A DNA stretch of 61,594 bases, counting the filler. It is 9 parts of 9 records of this genome, joined end to end, with 100 filler letters (N's around TTAATTAATTAA, not from the genome) between each part and the next. Parts side by side here need not be neighbours in the genome. Positions count along the whole stretch, not along the records: positions 41,205 to 49,827 come from SRR31147125_146485; positions 49,928 to 54,969 come from SRR31147125_146787; 7 more parts are not named here. One strand, 5' to 3'. The notes below the pieces were generated by a model. It did not search any database. It was not told the DNA's origin and saw only the letters and a list, made by a program, of their open reading frames with translations. Positions 41,644 through 51,903 of the stretch are shown here, in pieces (the stretch's first letter is position 1; every line of letters begins with the position of its first letter). A program made the translations under genes and the position numbers.

Positions 41644-41689
41644 GCGGATAATCGTCTCAGCCGTATTATTTTCCTGAAAAGCAGGATGT

Positions 41690-42895
41690 ATGGATCAATA
41701 TATTGCCAGGCAACCTATTTTGAACGTCAATAAGCGTCTATTCGCTTATGAACTGCTCTATCGCGGTGCGGACTCGTATCGTCTCGGCAATGTCAGTGGC
41801 AACCGGGCGACGGCGAGCCTTCTGACATCGACCTTCCTGACCAGGGGGATTGATGAAATATCCGGCATGCGGCCCTGTTTTATCAACTTCACCCAGGAAC
41901 TCCTCGAGAAAAACCTGCCGGCAGCGTTTCCCAAGAACCAGCTTGTCATCGAAGTCCTGGAGCATGTCAAACCGACCGACCGGTTGATTGCAATTCTCAA
42001 AAAACTCCACGATGATGGCTACAAGATCGCCCTGGATGATTTCGTATACAAAAGGAACCTGACGCCGCTCATGGAGATCGCCGACATCATTAAGATCGAC
42101 GTGCGCCTGACTCCGCTCGAAACGATTACCCGGACGTTGAATATCGTGCAAAATTACAAGGTCCGGCTGCTGGCCGAAAAAGTGGAGACTATTCGGGAAT
42201 TTGAAGTGGCCAACAAGCTTGGTTTTAGTTATTTCCAGGGGTACTTTTTCAGTAAGCCGGAGCGGATTGAAATCAAGGAACTGTCGTCGGCCAAAGTGAA
42301 CCTGCTCAGGCTGCTTTCCGAGGTGACACGCAAAGAAACGACCCTGGAAAAGCTTCAGGAGATCATATCGGTGGACATCGCAATAAGCTATAAATTGATG
42401 CGGTTTCTCAATTCGGCATATTTTTACCGGCTGCAGGAAGTGAAAACGGTAAAACACGCAATCGCCTATCTCGGCGAAAAAGAACTCCGCCGGTTTGTGC
42501 TGCTGGTGGTTGTGTCGGAGCTTGCATCCGATCAGCCGGGGGAACTGACCCGACTCGCACTGGTTCGCGCAAAATTCTGCGAACTGCTTGCCGAATCGAG
42601 CTCGTATCGGACCCGCTCGGACGAACTCTTTATCATGGGGCTCTTTTCACTCCTCGATTCCATGCTCGGCTCCCCTATGGGACATGTTATGGATCGGCTG
42701 CCGATCAGTCAGCCGGTCAAGGATGCGTTGAGCCGGAAAAGCGGGGTGATGGGGATGTTTCTCAGGGTGGCAATAGCCTTTGAACGCAACCAGCAGAATA
42801 AGATCGTCAACCTGCTCAAGGAACTCAAGGTCAATACTGCAACTATCTCCGAATCCTATCTGACTGCGGTTCGGTATGCAAACGGGCTGCTCTGA
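41690..42895 (+). CDS. EAL-like and HDOD domain protein (YuxH type)
   Basis: IARQPI, AYELLYR, ALDDF, LAEKVE, FQGYFFSKP, then HDOD (RAKFCE, GLFSLLD). Confidence 0.88.
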   Translation: MDQYIARQPILNVNKRLFAYELLYRGADSYRLGNVSGNRATASLLTSTFLTRGIDEISGMRPCFINFTQELLEKNLPAAFPKNQLVIEVLEHVKPTDRLIAILKKLHDDGYKIALDDFVYKRNLTPLMEIADIIKIDVRLTPLETITRTLNIVQNYKVRLLAEKVETIREFEVANKLGFSYFQGYFFSKPERIEIKELSSAKVNLLRLLSEVTRKETTLEKLQEIISVDIAISYKLMRFLNSAYFYRLQEVKTVKHAIAYLGEKELRRFVLLVVVSELASDQPGELTRLALVRAKFCELLAESSSYRTRSDELFIMGLFSLLDSMLGSPMGHVMDRLPISQPVKDALSRKSGVMGMFLRVAIAFERNQQNKIVNLLKELKVNTATISESYLTAVRYANGLL

Positions 42896-42938
42896 TTAGC
42901 CTGACTGTTTCATGGAAAACAGATTTCCACCCTGCAGG

Positions 42939-43055
42939 CTAGTCGAGACGGCCCGCTATCCGAGATCGCTTGAGCGCGCGGTTATTTTTGCAGAAGGGTA
43001 TATCGCATATAGTGCCTTCTCAAAGTCTCCTTGGCTAGCAGGCCGTCTCAACTAG
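42939..43055. mobile_element. MITE/REP-like element with 20-nt terminal inverted repeats
   Basis: CTAGTCGAGACGGCCCGCTA ... TAGCAGGCCGTCTCAACTAG (18/20 complementary), CTAG at both ends, internal hairpin. Confidence 0.6.
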
Positions 43056-43111
43056 TGAAATATCCAGGCCAGAGTATTGTATTCTGAAACCACCAGCGGA
43101 GGTAACGGGGT

Positions 43112-43163
43112 AAAAACAAAACAGCCCGTGCCTTCTCTCTATACGAGGGGAAGGCACGGGCTG
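43112..43163 (-). terminator. Intrinsic terminator of sulP
   Basis: CAGCCCGTGCCTTC...GAAGGCACGGGCTG stem with an A-run on the left (U-tail on the minus strand). Confidence 0.8.
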
Positions 43164-43201
43164 CATCCTTGCAATGGTTTGTGTTTTTTTGTTACGGCTG
43201 C

Positions 43202-45391
43202 TTAACTGGCCATTACCTTTTCTATATGCTTCTGGTCTTCAAGCGGCAAATATTGCGTGAGCGGACAATTGCCGCACCCACCTTCCGGAAGATCGGTACC
43301 TTTATGAATCTTTTCGATAATGGCAGTTGTCGCGGCCCGACTGTCAGCGTAGATATTATCTGAGCCGATTTCATCGTAGAGTCCGGTTCGTTCCATGACA
43401 TCAAGAATCTGACCTTTTACCCCGCAAATAGCGAATCCCATGCCAGCGCTTCTGATGCGTTTGACCAGCATGGCTAGTGCTTCTTCACCCGATGCGTCCA
43501 TATCATTGATACCGCGTGCGTCGAGGAGGATGTACCTGAGGTCAGGCTGTTCGTTGCGAAACTTCAGCACCTGCTCGTCCAGATAGCTGGCGTTGGCGAA
43601 AAACAGGGCTCCGTCGAAACGTACGACGGAAATATGACGACAGCCTTTGAGCCGGTAATATTCCATTGACTTGAGAACCCTCTCTTCATTCAGGGACAGA
43701 CTGGTGACGACCGGACGCATGGATTTGTAGAGAAAGATTGCCATGGACAGGAAAACACCAACCATGATGCCTTTGTCGAGGTGCGGGGCAAAATAGAGTG
43801 TTACAGCAAAACTCAGGATGGAGATGGCTCCGTCATACCACTGGGCTTTCCAGGAATGAATGAAGCCTTTTACATTAATCAGACCGATAACCGCCATCAT
43901 GATGACAGCGGCCAGAACCGCCTGGGGCAGATGATAGAGTAGCGGAGTGAAAAACAGCAGGGTAATGACCACCATCAACGAAGTGATTACCGAGGACACA
44001 CCGCTGACAGCACCGGCCTGCAGGTTGACTGCGGAACGTGAAAAAGACCCTGATACAGCATAACTGGACCCGATAGAACCGAGGATGTTGGCCAGGCCTT
44101 GGCCGATAAGCTCCTGGTTAGGGTCCAGTTTCTGGCCGGTCTGGGCAGCCATGGCCTTGGCAATGGCTATAGCCTCCATAAAGCCGAGCAGTGATATGAT
44201 GATGGCATAGGGAAACAGTTTTAAGAAGGTCTTGACGTCAAGGGAAGGGACAACGAAGGTTGGCAACCCTTCAGGTATCTTGCCGACAATAGCGCCACCG
44301 CCGGTGTACTTCAGCTTTGTTGAATCCAGCTCAGTTGCTCCAACAGACAAACGCCACGTGGCGCCGTCTGCTTTCACATTGTCAGGGACAGCGTTTTGCA
44401 CATAGAATTCATAGCTGTCTCCGCTTGGGACGCCACTGAATTTCATGTAGCGGAGTTCGGTGCGCAGATCTGAAGAGTGTTGCTTCATTTCCGCCAATTC
44501 GATGGAGAGGATCTCGACCTCAGCTTCAAGTTTAACCAATTCCGGTGTTTTACCGCCATGTCCCCCTTTCTCGACGGATTTTTCTTTGTCGATGGTCAGG
44601 CCGATATCGGCGCGTAGCTGTCCGATCCTCTCAATTTCTCGCACAGAGTGGTTGAATGATTCAATTTTCTGGTTGAATCCATCAATACGAACGGATTCAA
44701 CGGGGACCATCGTGTCATTGTTGAATCCCGTGAAATAGGAAATCAGCGTGGTAACACCAACGGCGATGAGCACATTGGGGATACGCGGATTGATTTTGCG
44801 CAGGGAGAACATGATAGCTACGGCGCCGACACCGTAGAGCAGGGTCGGAAAATGCGTGTAGTCAATCGCTGCCTGGGCAACCCGGATCAGGGTTTCGTAA
44901 TGATGCTCCGCTTTGTCGACATAGACCCCGAAGAATTTTGAAAACTGGGAAGAGGCAATGATAATAGCCGCAGCATTGGTAAAACCGTTGACAACGGGGT
45001 GGGAGAGGAAATTAACCACGAGACCGAGTCGCAGCACCCCGAGCGAGAACTGAAAAATCCCGACCGTCAATGCGAGTACGATGGAATAAGCGATAAATTC
45101 AGCTGATCCGGCTGTTGCCAGAGGTTCCAGAGATGCTGCTGACATAAGTGATACAACAGCAACCGGTCCTGTTGCCAACTGACGGCTCGAACCAAAAAGT
45201 GCAGCGATCATGGGTGGCAGAAACGCTGCATATAGTCCATAATAGGCTGGCAATCCAGCGAGCTGGGCGTATGCCATCGATTGGGGAATGAGCACAAGCG
45301 CAACGGTAATGCCTGCGAGCAGGTCAATTCTGAACTTTCCGAAACTGTAGTCTTTGAACCACAGGATAAACGGGAGAAATTTATATATCAT
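43202..45391 (-). CDS. SulP/SLC26 anion permease with STAS domain
   Basis: PQSMAYAQLAG, GSSRQLATGP, NQELIGQG, GSFSRSA, LFFANA STAS. Confidence 0.93.
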   Translation of the reverse strand: MIYKFLPFILWFKDYSFGKFRIDLLAGITVALVLIPQSMAYAQLAGLPAYYGLYAAFLPPMIAALFGSSRQLATGPVAVVSLMSAASLEPLATAGSAEFIAYSIVLALTVGIFQFSLGVLRLGLVVNFLSHPVVNGFTNAAAIIIASSQFSKFFGVYVDKAEHHYETLIRVAQAAIDYTHFPTLLYGVGAVAIMFSLRKINPRIPNVLIAVGVTTLISYFTGFNNDTMVPVESVRIDGFNQKIESFNHSVREIERIGQLRADIGLTIDKEKSVEKGGHGGKTPELVKLEAEVEILSIELAEMKQHSSDLRTELRYMKFSGVPSGDSYEFYVQNAVPDNVKADGATWRLSVGATELDSTKLKYTGGGAIVGKIPEGLPTFVVPSLDVKTFLKLFPYAIIISLLGFMEAIAIAKAMAAQTGQKLDPNQELIGQGLANILGSIGSSYAVSGSFSRSAVNLQAGAVSGVSSVITSLMVVITLLFFTPLLYHLPQAVLAAVIMMAVIGLINVKGFIHSWKAQWYDGAISILSFAVTLYFAPHLDKGIMVGVFLSMAIFLYKSMRPVVTSLSLNEERVLKSMEYYRLKGCRHISVVRFDGALFFANASYLDEQVLKFRNEQPDLRYILLDARGINDMDASGEEALAMLVKRIRSAGMGFAICGVKGQILDVMERTGLYDEIGSDNIYADSRAATTAIIEKIHKGTDLPEGGCGNCPLTQYLPLEDQKHIEKVMAS

Positions 45392-45421
45392 TGCATTTCC
45401 TATGTTGTTGGCTGGTAAAAT

Positions 45422-46024
45422 TTATTTCGGCAATATGGAAACAATTCCGCTTTGTAAATCATAATATGCAGCAATAACCTGGACCTTACCCTCTGCGACA
45501 TAATCTGCGATTATCGGTTCCGATTTCTCGATGTTGTTGGCAATCTGAGTGGCAACTTCTTTTGAAGCATTTTCGATTAAGTCACCCTCAGCATCTTTGA
45601 TGTTCTTGATAGCGGTTTGAATCGGAGGTGCCAGCGTTGCCATATGCCCGGCAAGATTTGCGCCGTTGGCAACTGCGGTGATTGCACCGCAGGAAGAGTG
45701 GCCCATGACGATAACAAGAGGGGTGTGTAGATGAGCAACAGCATACTCTATGCTCCCCAGGGTGTGGTCACCGATTATATTTCCGGCCACACGCACGACA
45801 AACAAATCACCGATGCCCTGATCAAAGATATCAACGGGAGGAACACGAGAGTCGGCGCAGGTGAGGACAGTGGCGATCGGTTCCTGCATCTTCATGACAG
45901 ACTGCCTGCTTTCCTCGCAATGGTTGGGATGGATGAGGTTGCCAGAAACAAAACGTTTGTTGCCCGCCTGGAGGATTTCCATTACTTCGACGGCGGTAGG
46001 GCGTTGTTGGTTGGTTTGTCCCAT
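45422..46024 (-). CDS. Beta-class carbonic anhydrase
   Basis: GNKRF, CADSRV, RVAGN, GHSSCGA; RBS GGAGA before ATG 46024. Confidence 0.93.
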   Translation of the reverse strand: MGQTNQQRPTAVEVMEILQAGNKRFVSGNLIHPNHCEESRQSVMKMQEPIATVLTCADSRVPPVDIFDQGIGDLFVVRVAGNIIGDHTLGSIEYAVAHLHTPLVIVMGHSSCGAITAVANGANLAGHMATLAPPIQTAIKNIKDAEGDLIENASKEVATQIANNIEKSEPIIADYVAEGKVQVIAAYYDLQSGIVSILPK

Positions 46025-46404
46025 CGATGTTCTCCTTGAATGTGAGAATGAAAATAATAATCCGTGATAAACCCTATTATATTCTATGTGATCGCTCACC
46101 AAAATGAATGAGCATTCATTTCCAATCTTGATAATCAACGATTTTTCAGCAATAAAGTCAAGGGAAAGGTGTTTTCCGCGAAAAAATGAACACCCATGAG
46201 AAACTGGATAAACGGCGGCCAGCTTTGTGTTTAGCGGGAATTTGTTGGTTTGGCGGGATCAATTCCTACTTTCTTTGCAGAAACCGAATGTTGTTAATTT
46301 TTGCAAATCAATGGAATAAGCAATGATAGAGGAAGGATGATGGTCGATAGCGGAAAATATTTATTTGCAATTGTTTGGGAATATGGTTAATTAAGAGGTT
46401 ATCA

Positions 46405-46509
46405 ATGAAATATGATCTGGTTTTTCTGCCTAAGCGGGGAGACAAACTTCATGTCGGATTACTGTCCGACTGCTTGGTTAGAGATTTTTTTGGTAAGGGG
46501 TTACAGTGA
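46405..46509 (+). CDS. Candidate leader peptide (uORF, 34 aa) upstream of fusA
   Basis: GAGG then ATG 46405; MKYDLVFLPKRGDKLHVGLLSDCLVRDFFGKGLQ*; the stop codon lies in the terminator loop. Confidence 0.35.
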   Translation: MKYDLVFLPKRGDKLHVGLLSDCLVRDFFGKGLQ

Positions 46510-46530
46510 TCTGTAGCTCCTTTCTTTTTT
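46495..46530 (+). terminator. Intrinsic terminator upstream of fusA
   Basis: AAGGGGTTACAG-TGAT-CTGTAGCTCCTT (12 bp including G-U pairs) followed by TCTTTTTT. Confidence 0.7.
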
Positions 46531-46609
46531 ATTTGATGAAACGGAAGTTTGGGCAAAATGCCGGCCGACAGGCGGTCCGGTTTGCAGGTTAACGTCAGAG
46601 GATGGAGTC

Positions 46610-48694
46610 ATGACAAAAGATTTATCGAACGTTCGAAATATCGGTATCAGTGCTCATATTGATTCAGGGAAAACAACCCTGACAGAAAGAATCCTGTTCT
46701 ATACCGACCGTATCCACGCCATTCACGAAGTAAGGGGCAAGGACGGCGTTGGTGCGAAGATGGATTCGATGGAGTTGGAAAAAGAGCGCGGTATCACTAT
46801 TCAGTCCGCGGCCACGTACGCTTCGTGGAAGGACAACGACATCAATATTATCGACACTCCCGGCCACGTCGACTTCACCATTGAAGTCGAGCGCGCACTG
46901 CGGGTGCTCGACGGCGCGATTCTCGTGCTGTGCTCGGTGGGCGGTGTGCAGTCCCAGTCGATTACTGTGAGCAGGCAGATGGCACGGTACAAGGTTCCCC
47001 GGATAGCATTTGTCAACAAATGTGACCGGACCGGTGCCAATCCGATTCGAGTAAAGGATCAGCTGCGGGACAAACTGGAACTCAATGCCCACATGTTGCA
47101 GTTGCCGATTGGCCTGGAAAACGACTTTGAGGGGCTCGTCGACCTGGTTACGATGAAGGCGATCTATTTCGACGGCGAGAACGGAGAGGTTCTCAGGGAA
47201 GAAGAGATTCCTGCGGATATGGCCGATGAGGCAGCAGAACACCGGGAATCGCTACTCGAAGAAGTCTCCATGTTTTCCGAGGAGTTGATGGAAGCCGTGC
47301 TGGACGGCGGCGATATCGACCCGGCACTGATTTATGACGCCGTGCGTAAAGGCACGCTTTCTCTCGAGTTTACCCCGGTTTTCGTCGGTTCCGCCTACAA
47401 GAACAAAGGCATTCAGCCCCTGCTCGACGCGGTTTCCGCATACCTGCCGTGTCCGACCGACGTGGTCAACCATGCGTTGGACCTGGCGGATGAGGAGAAA
47501 GAGTTCGAGGTGACCAACGACGAGGATGACAAGCTCATCATGCTCGCCTTCAAGCTGGAGGACGGCAGATACGGTCAGCTTACCTACATCAGGACGTACC
47601 AGGGGGTGCTCAACAAGGGGGACACCGTCTTCAACAGCCGTACCGGCAAAAAGGTCAAGATCGGCCGCCTCGTCCGCATGCATGCGGATGAGATGGAAGA
47701 GATCGACTCATGTGGCCCCGGCGACATCGTCGCACTGTTCGGAGTGGACTGCGCATCCGGTGACACGTTCACCGCCGGCGGAATATCGGCATCCATGAGT
47801 TCGATGCACATCCCCGAGCCTGTTATCTCGCTGGCGGTCATCCCGGTGGACAACAAGGCGCAGACCAATATGTCCAAGGCCCTGAACCGATTCACCAAAG
47901 AGGACCCGACCTTTCGTACCTACGTGGATCACGAAACCGGGGAGACGATCATCTCCGGCATGGGCGAGTTGCACCTCGACGTCTACATCGAACGTATGAA
48001 ACGGGAGTACAAGGCCGAGGTGGAGGCGGGTGCACCCCAGGTAGCCTACCGTGAAACGATCACCATGCAGGCTCAGTTCGACTATACCCACAAGAAGCAG
48101 ACCGGTGGTTCGGGCCAGTACGGCCGGGTAGCGGGGTATCTCGAACCGCTGGAAGAGGGCGAGTACGAATTCGTCGACAATATCGTGGGCGGCGTCATCC
48201 CGCGCGAATTTATCCCGTCGTGTGACAAAGGGTTCCAGAAGAGCATGGCAAAAGGCTCGCTCTGCGGTGCGTCTATTACCGGTGTCCGTGCGGTTATCAA
48301 CGACGGCAACTCCCACTCGGTGGACTCCTCGGACGTGGCCTTCCAGCTCGCCTCGCAGGGCGCGTTCAAAGTGGCATACATGAAGGCCAGCCCGGTGATC
48401 ATGGAGCCGATCATGAAAGTCGCCGTCGAGGGACCGTCGGAATTCCAGGGTGCCGTCATGGGTAGCCTGAATCAGCGCCGCGGCATGATCATCGGTACGG
48501 TGGAAGAGGGCAACTACACGGTCGTCGAGGCCGAGGTCCCTCTCTCCGAGATGTTCGGCTATTCGACGACGCTTCGTTCCCTCACGCAGGGCAAGGCCGA
48601 GTTCACGATGGAGTTTGCGACGTTCAAGCAGGTACCGAAAAGCGTGAGCGAAGAGTTGATAAAACAATATCAGGCAGAGAGAAAAGGCGAATAA
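46610..48694 (+). CDS. fusA: Elongation factor G (stand-alone, spdEFG1 type)
   Basis: [60 protein letters not shown]. Confidence 0.97.
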   Translation: MTKDLSNVRNIGISAHIDSGKTTLTERILFYTDRIHAIHEVRGKDGVGAKMDSMELEKERGITIQSAATYASWKDNDINIIDTPGHVDFTIEVERALRVLDGAILVLCSVGGVQSQSITVSRQMARYKVPRIAFVNKCDRTGANPIRVKDQLRDKLELNAHMLQLPIGLENDFEGLVDLVTMKAIYFDGENGEVLREEEIPADMADEAAEHRESLLEEVSMFSEELMEAVLDGGDIDPALIYDAVRKGTLSLEFTPVFVGSAYKNKGIQPLLDAVSAYLPCPTDVVNHALDLADEEKEFEVTNDEDDKLIMLAFKLEDGRYGQLTYIRTYQGVLNKGDTVFNSRTGKKVKIGRLVRMHADEMEEIDSCGPGDIVALFGVDCASGDTFTAGGISASMSSMHIPEPVISLAVIPVDNKAQTNMSKALNRFTKEDPTFRTYVDHETGETIISGMGELHLDVYIERMKREYKAEVEAGAPQVAYRETITMQAQFDYTHKKQTGGSGQYGRVAGYLEPLEEGEYEFVDNIVGGVIPREFIPSCDKGFQKSMAKGSLCGASITGVRAVINDGNSHSVDSSDVAFQLASQGAFKVAYMKASPVIMEPIMKVAVEGPSEFQGAVMGSLNQRRGMIIGTVEEGNYTVVEAEVPLSEMFGYSTTLRSLTQGKAEFTMEFATFKQVPKSVSEELIKQYQAERKGE

Positions 48695-48753
48695 TCAATT
48701 GACAGGTCGTCGACGACGGAACTGATCAATACCAATAGAGGAGTTGAACCGAT

Positions 48754-49449
48754 ATGGGTAAGGAAAATTTGATTTCCGGCAATCCGCTCCGGGTGCTGGG
48801 ACTTGACAACACGACTGAGGAAGGGACCCAGGGTCTCGGGCTGGTAATGTCCCGGGCCGGGCTCGGAAAAACCGCTATCCTGGTGCAGATTGCACTCGAT
48901 GCGATGCTGCGCGGCAGGAAGGTGCTGCATGTGGCGATTGGTCAGACCATCGAGAAGACCAGGGAACGCTACGATGATATCCTCGCCAAAATGGTGGATG
49001 ATCTGTCCACCGAGGATGCCACCGAGCTGTCCAGGAAGCGGATGATCATGACGTTCAAGGAAAACGCGTTCAGCCGGGGCATGCTCGAAGAACGCCTCAA
49101 GGATCTGACCGAACAGGATGTGTTCAAACCCGAGTGTCTGATTGTCGACGGGTACGATTTCGACGGGAACGGCCGCGAGCATCTCGAGGATCTGAAGAAG
49201 CTGATGGCGGATCTCGGCATCGCGGTTATCTGGTTCTCTGCGGTCTGCCATCGCGAAGACCCGCGGATAAGTGCGGACGGAGTACCCGCACCCTGCCATA
49301 CGATCGACGATCTGTTCGAGGTCATCCTGCTGATCAACCCGCAGGACGACGTGGTGAAACTCGATATTCTGCGTTGCGCGTACTGCGAGGTGGAGCCGGG
49401 GACCACGCTGTTGCTCGATCCGTCCACGATGCTGATTCAGAAATCGTAG
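48754..49449 (+). CDS. RecA/KaiC-like P-loop NTPase of unknown function
   Basis: Walker A SRAGLGKT, Walker B LIVDG. Confidence 0.75.
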   Translation: MGKENLISGNPLRVLGLDNTTEEGTQGLGLVMSRAGLGKTAILVQIALDAMLRGRKVLHVAIGQTIEKTRERYDDILAKMVDDLSTEDATELSRKRMIMTFKENAFSRGMLEERLKDLTEQDVFKPECLIVDGYDFDGNGREHLEDLKKLMADLGIAVIWFSAVCHREDPRISADGVPAPCHTIDDLFEVILLINPQDDVVKLDILRCAYCEVEPGTTLLLDPSTMLIQKS

Positions 49450-49489
49450 CGATCGATAACAACCGCCCGCGCCGGCGGTGGTTTGAATG

Positions 49490-49526
49490 AGCGGGCCTGC
49501 TTCGTAATGAAGCGCCCGCTTTTTTT
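49490..49526 (+). terminator. Intrinsic terminator
   Basis: AGCGGGC..GCTTC-loop-GAAGCGCCCGCT followed by a T-run. Confidence 0.7.
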
Positions 49527-49542
49527 ATTTTCAGGAGACACG

Positions 49543-49827
49543 ATGCGCTTTCGCCCATGCATAGATTTACACCAGGGAAAGGTCAAACAGATCATTGGCT
49601 CGACCCTGGAAGACGGGAATCCCGATGTGCTCAAGACAAATTTCGTTGCGGATGCGTCACCCGCGTGGTTTGCAGATCTCTACCGCCGGGATAACCTGGC
49701 GGGCGGCCACATCATCATGCTCGGTCCCGGGAACGAGCAGGCGGCTTCCGAGGCACTGGCAGCATGGCCTGGAGGAATGCAGATCGGCGGCGGTATCGAC
49801 ATCGATAACGCAGTCGGATGGATCGAC
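49543..49827 (+). CDS. hisA: ProFAR isomerase, eukaryotic (His6)-type, 3' truncated
   Basis: MRFRPCIDLHQGKVKQIIGSTL, GGHIIMLG, MQIGGGI. Confidence 0.88.
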
Positions 49828-49927
49828 NNNNNNNNNNNNNNNNNNNNNNNNNNNNNNNNNNNNNNNNNNNNTTAATTAATTAANNNNNNNNNNNNNNNNN
49901 NNNNNNNNNNNNNNNNNNNNNNNNNNN
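49828..49927. other. Artificial contig linker
   Basis: N/TTAATTAATTAA spacer. Confidence 0.99.
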
Positions 49928-50917
49928 GGCCTGCTTGTTCCCAGGGACGATGTCACTGTATCCAACGAAGACCTCATGAAGGAGATCCACTCTCATCTCT
50001 GCAGCCGGGAACTGGTCTGGAACGGCGCGCAGATCCATATCTTCATCCGCCTGGGGGCGGCGGAAATCCGGCCCCCGGATACCCGGTCCTTCCTTTCCGA
50101 AGCCGATCTGGCTCTGGAGAAAGCCCGCCAGACCTACCGGCAGTCCCATATTTTCGATAGCAATGACGAGATACCGGCAAAGTCCCTGAGCAAGGTCCGT
50201 GACTACACCATCCTCCAGAAGAACCTGCAGCATTCCCTGCTGCAGGTGTACTATCAGCCCATCGCCGATGCACGGACCCGGCAGATCGCCTGGCATGAGG
50301 CCCTGTTGCGGCTCCAGGATGACAACGGTGCGATCCTTTCCCCGTTCCCCTTCATAGAACTCGCCGAGCAGCTGGGAATGCAGACGCTGGTGAGCAAATC
50401 CCTCCTGACGATTCTCCATGAAGACATGTCCCGATCTCCGTTCTCGCTCTCGCTGAACATGACCCACCGGGACCTGTTGGACCCGGAGTTTCTCTTCATG
50501 GCCGAGAACTTCCTGGAAGAGGCGGACGGCCGGTTCCAGGTGACCTTCGAGATCCTGGAGTCCCAGGACCTGCTGAGCAACAGTGCCTGCATGAACTTCA
50601 TCACGTCCATCCACCGGAAGAACGGCCTGATCGCCCTGGACGATTTCGGTACCGGATACTCGAATCTGACGAACCTGTCCAGGATTCCCTTCGATATTCT
50701 CAAGTTTGATGGAGAACTCATCCGGCAGATCGAGAAGAATCCCGAGAGCAGGGAACTCATCGCCGGCGTTGTGTCGTTCTGCAGAAACAGGGGCCTCCGG
50801 ACAGTCGCCGAATTTGTGGAAACCGACAGCGTCGCGGACATCCTGACCGATATGGGCGCTGATTATCTCCAGGGCTACCTGGTCGGCAAACCCCGGCCGT
50901 TGGCTGAGATAGCCTGA
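49928..50917 (+). CDS. GGDEF-remnant/EAL phosphodiesterase, 5' truncated
   Basis: YYQPI, EALLRL, FEILES, LDDFGTGYSN, AEFVE, LQGY. Confidence 0.9.
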   Translation, partial: GLLVPRDDVTVSNEDLMKEIHSHLCSRELVWNGAQIHIFIRLGAAEIRPPDTRSFLSEADLALEKARQTYRQSHIFDSNDEIPAKSLSKVRDYTILQKNLQHSLLQVYYQPIADARTRQIAWHEALLRLQDDNGAILSPFPFIELAEQLGMQTLVSKSLLTILHEDMSRSPFSLSLNMTHRDLLDPEFLFMAENFLEEADGRFQVTFEILESQDLLSNSACMNFITSIHRKNGLIALDDFGTGYSNLTNLSRIPFDILKFDGELIRQIEKNPESRELIAGVVSFCRNRGLRTVAEFVETDSVADILTDMGADYLQGYLVGKPRPLAEIA

Positions 50918-51068
50918 TGCATCGTCCTGGAAGTACCTGAACAATTCGATAATAGGTGTCAGACCGGACCATCTCAATAACAGAGAGGAACTGACTGGTT
51001 ATCTATGATTTGATGAGAAAGTGGCTGCAACGCAGGCTTCTGGAGTAGAATCGCGGTTCTTTGGTGAA

Positions 51069-51278
51069 CTACTTGGGAACATTGATCGCCACGATGCCGT
51101 CTTTGTTCAAGACTACGTGGAACATCGGAAGCCCGCGCTTGTCGATCGGGTGAAAGTATCCGAATCGCGTGAACGACCGGATACTCGGTATCCATCCAGG
51201 CAGCTCCGGTGACTCGTAACGGCTGTCTCCTGCCGGCAGATGCACAATGTTGTCGAAGGCCCCGTTCCAGGCACCCAT
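51069..51278 (-). CDS. Small hypothetical protein (69 aa)
   Basis: RBS GGAGGGGAG directly upstream of ATG; no recognisable motif. Confidence 0.4.
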   Translation of the reverse strand: MGAWNGAFDNIVHLPAGDSRYESPELPGWIPSIRSFTRFGYFHPIDKRGLPMFHVVLNKDGIVAINVPK

Positions 51279-51370
51279 TCTCCCCTCCCGCGATGAAACG
51301 AATGTTTAACGCCAATTTATCGCAGGAGTTAACAGAAATCAGGATTGCCGCGAAACACTCTTCTGACCGT

Positions 51371-51684
51371 CTATCCGGGAATAACCCAGGTGTTGTTGGG
51401 ACTGGTGAATTTCCGCGTGTCGTACTTGGTTCCGGTGGAGATTCCCTTGGCTGTTATCCTGACGTCCTTCACCACGGAGATGAGCCGGACAGTGTCCCGT
51501 TGGACATCATATCGGATGAAATGAGACCTGACTGGATTCGGATATCTTCCGGAGCACTGTTTGTGACTTCCACAAGCACATACTCATGTTCCGTGAACCA
51601 GTTGCAGCCGGCAAGTGCTGTCAGGGCCAGGCAGAGAAACAGGATCCGCAAGATGGGATGAATGATCTTCTTCCGTGTCTTCAT
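51371..51684 (-). CDS. Hypothetical lipoprotein, probably split by a 1-nt frameshift near 51511
   Basis: MKTRKK...LTALAGC lipobox. Adding one T gives ...LISSDYDVQRDTVRLISVVKDVRITAKG...WVIPG*. Confidence 0.6.
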
Positions 51685-51903
51685 TGTCTGTCTCCGTTCA
51701 ATGAAGTGTATATTTCTGGTGTCTGTAAACTGAAAATAGTCCCGGTTCAAGCGGCTATCAATGGGAAGATTTTCCCATTTCGTCTCAGATGAACCGGCTT
51801 TACCGACACGTCGCTACCGGTGGAGTTCCCGCTGATCTTGCTCTTTTCTTCGGAAGACGAGATTGTTGTGAGGCTGAACGAGCACTCTGTATCAGGAGCA
51901 CAC

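Noticed and set aside
46551-46590. GGGCAAAA...hairpin as a c-di-GMP-I riboswitch
   Set aside because: It lacks the GNRA loop and the second stem with its receptor; only a short similarity.
47708-48667. Long antisense ORFs (also 1852-2745, 5422-6387, 37047-38477, 49880-50977)
   Set aside because: They are shadows of well-supported genes on the opposite strand in GC-rich DNA and have no motifs.
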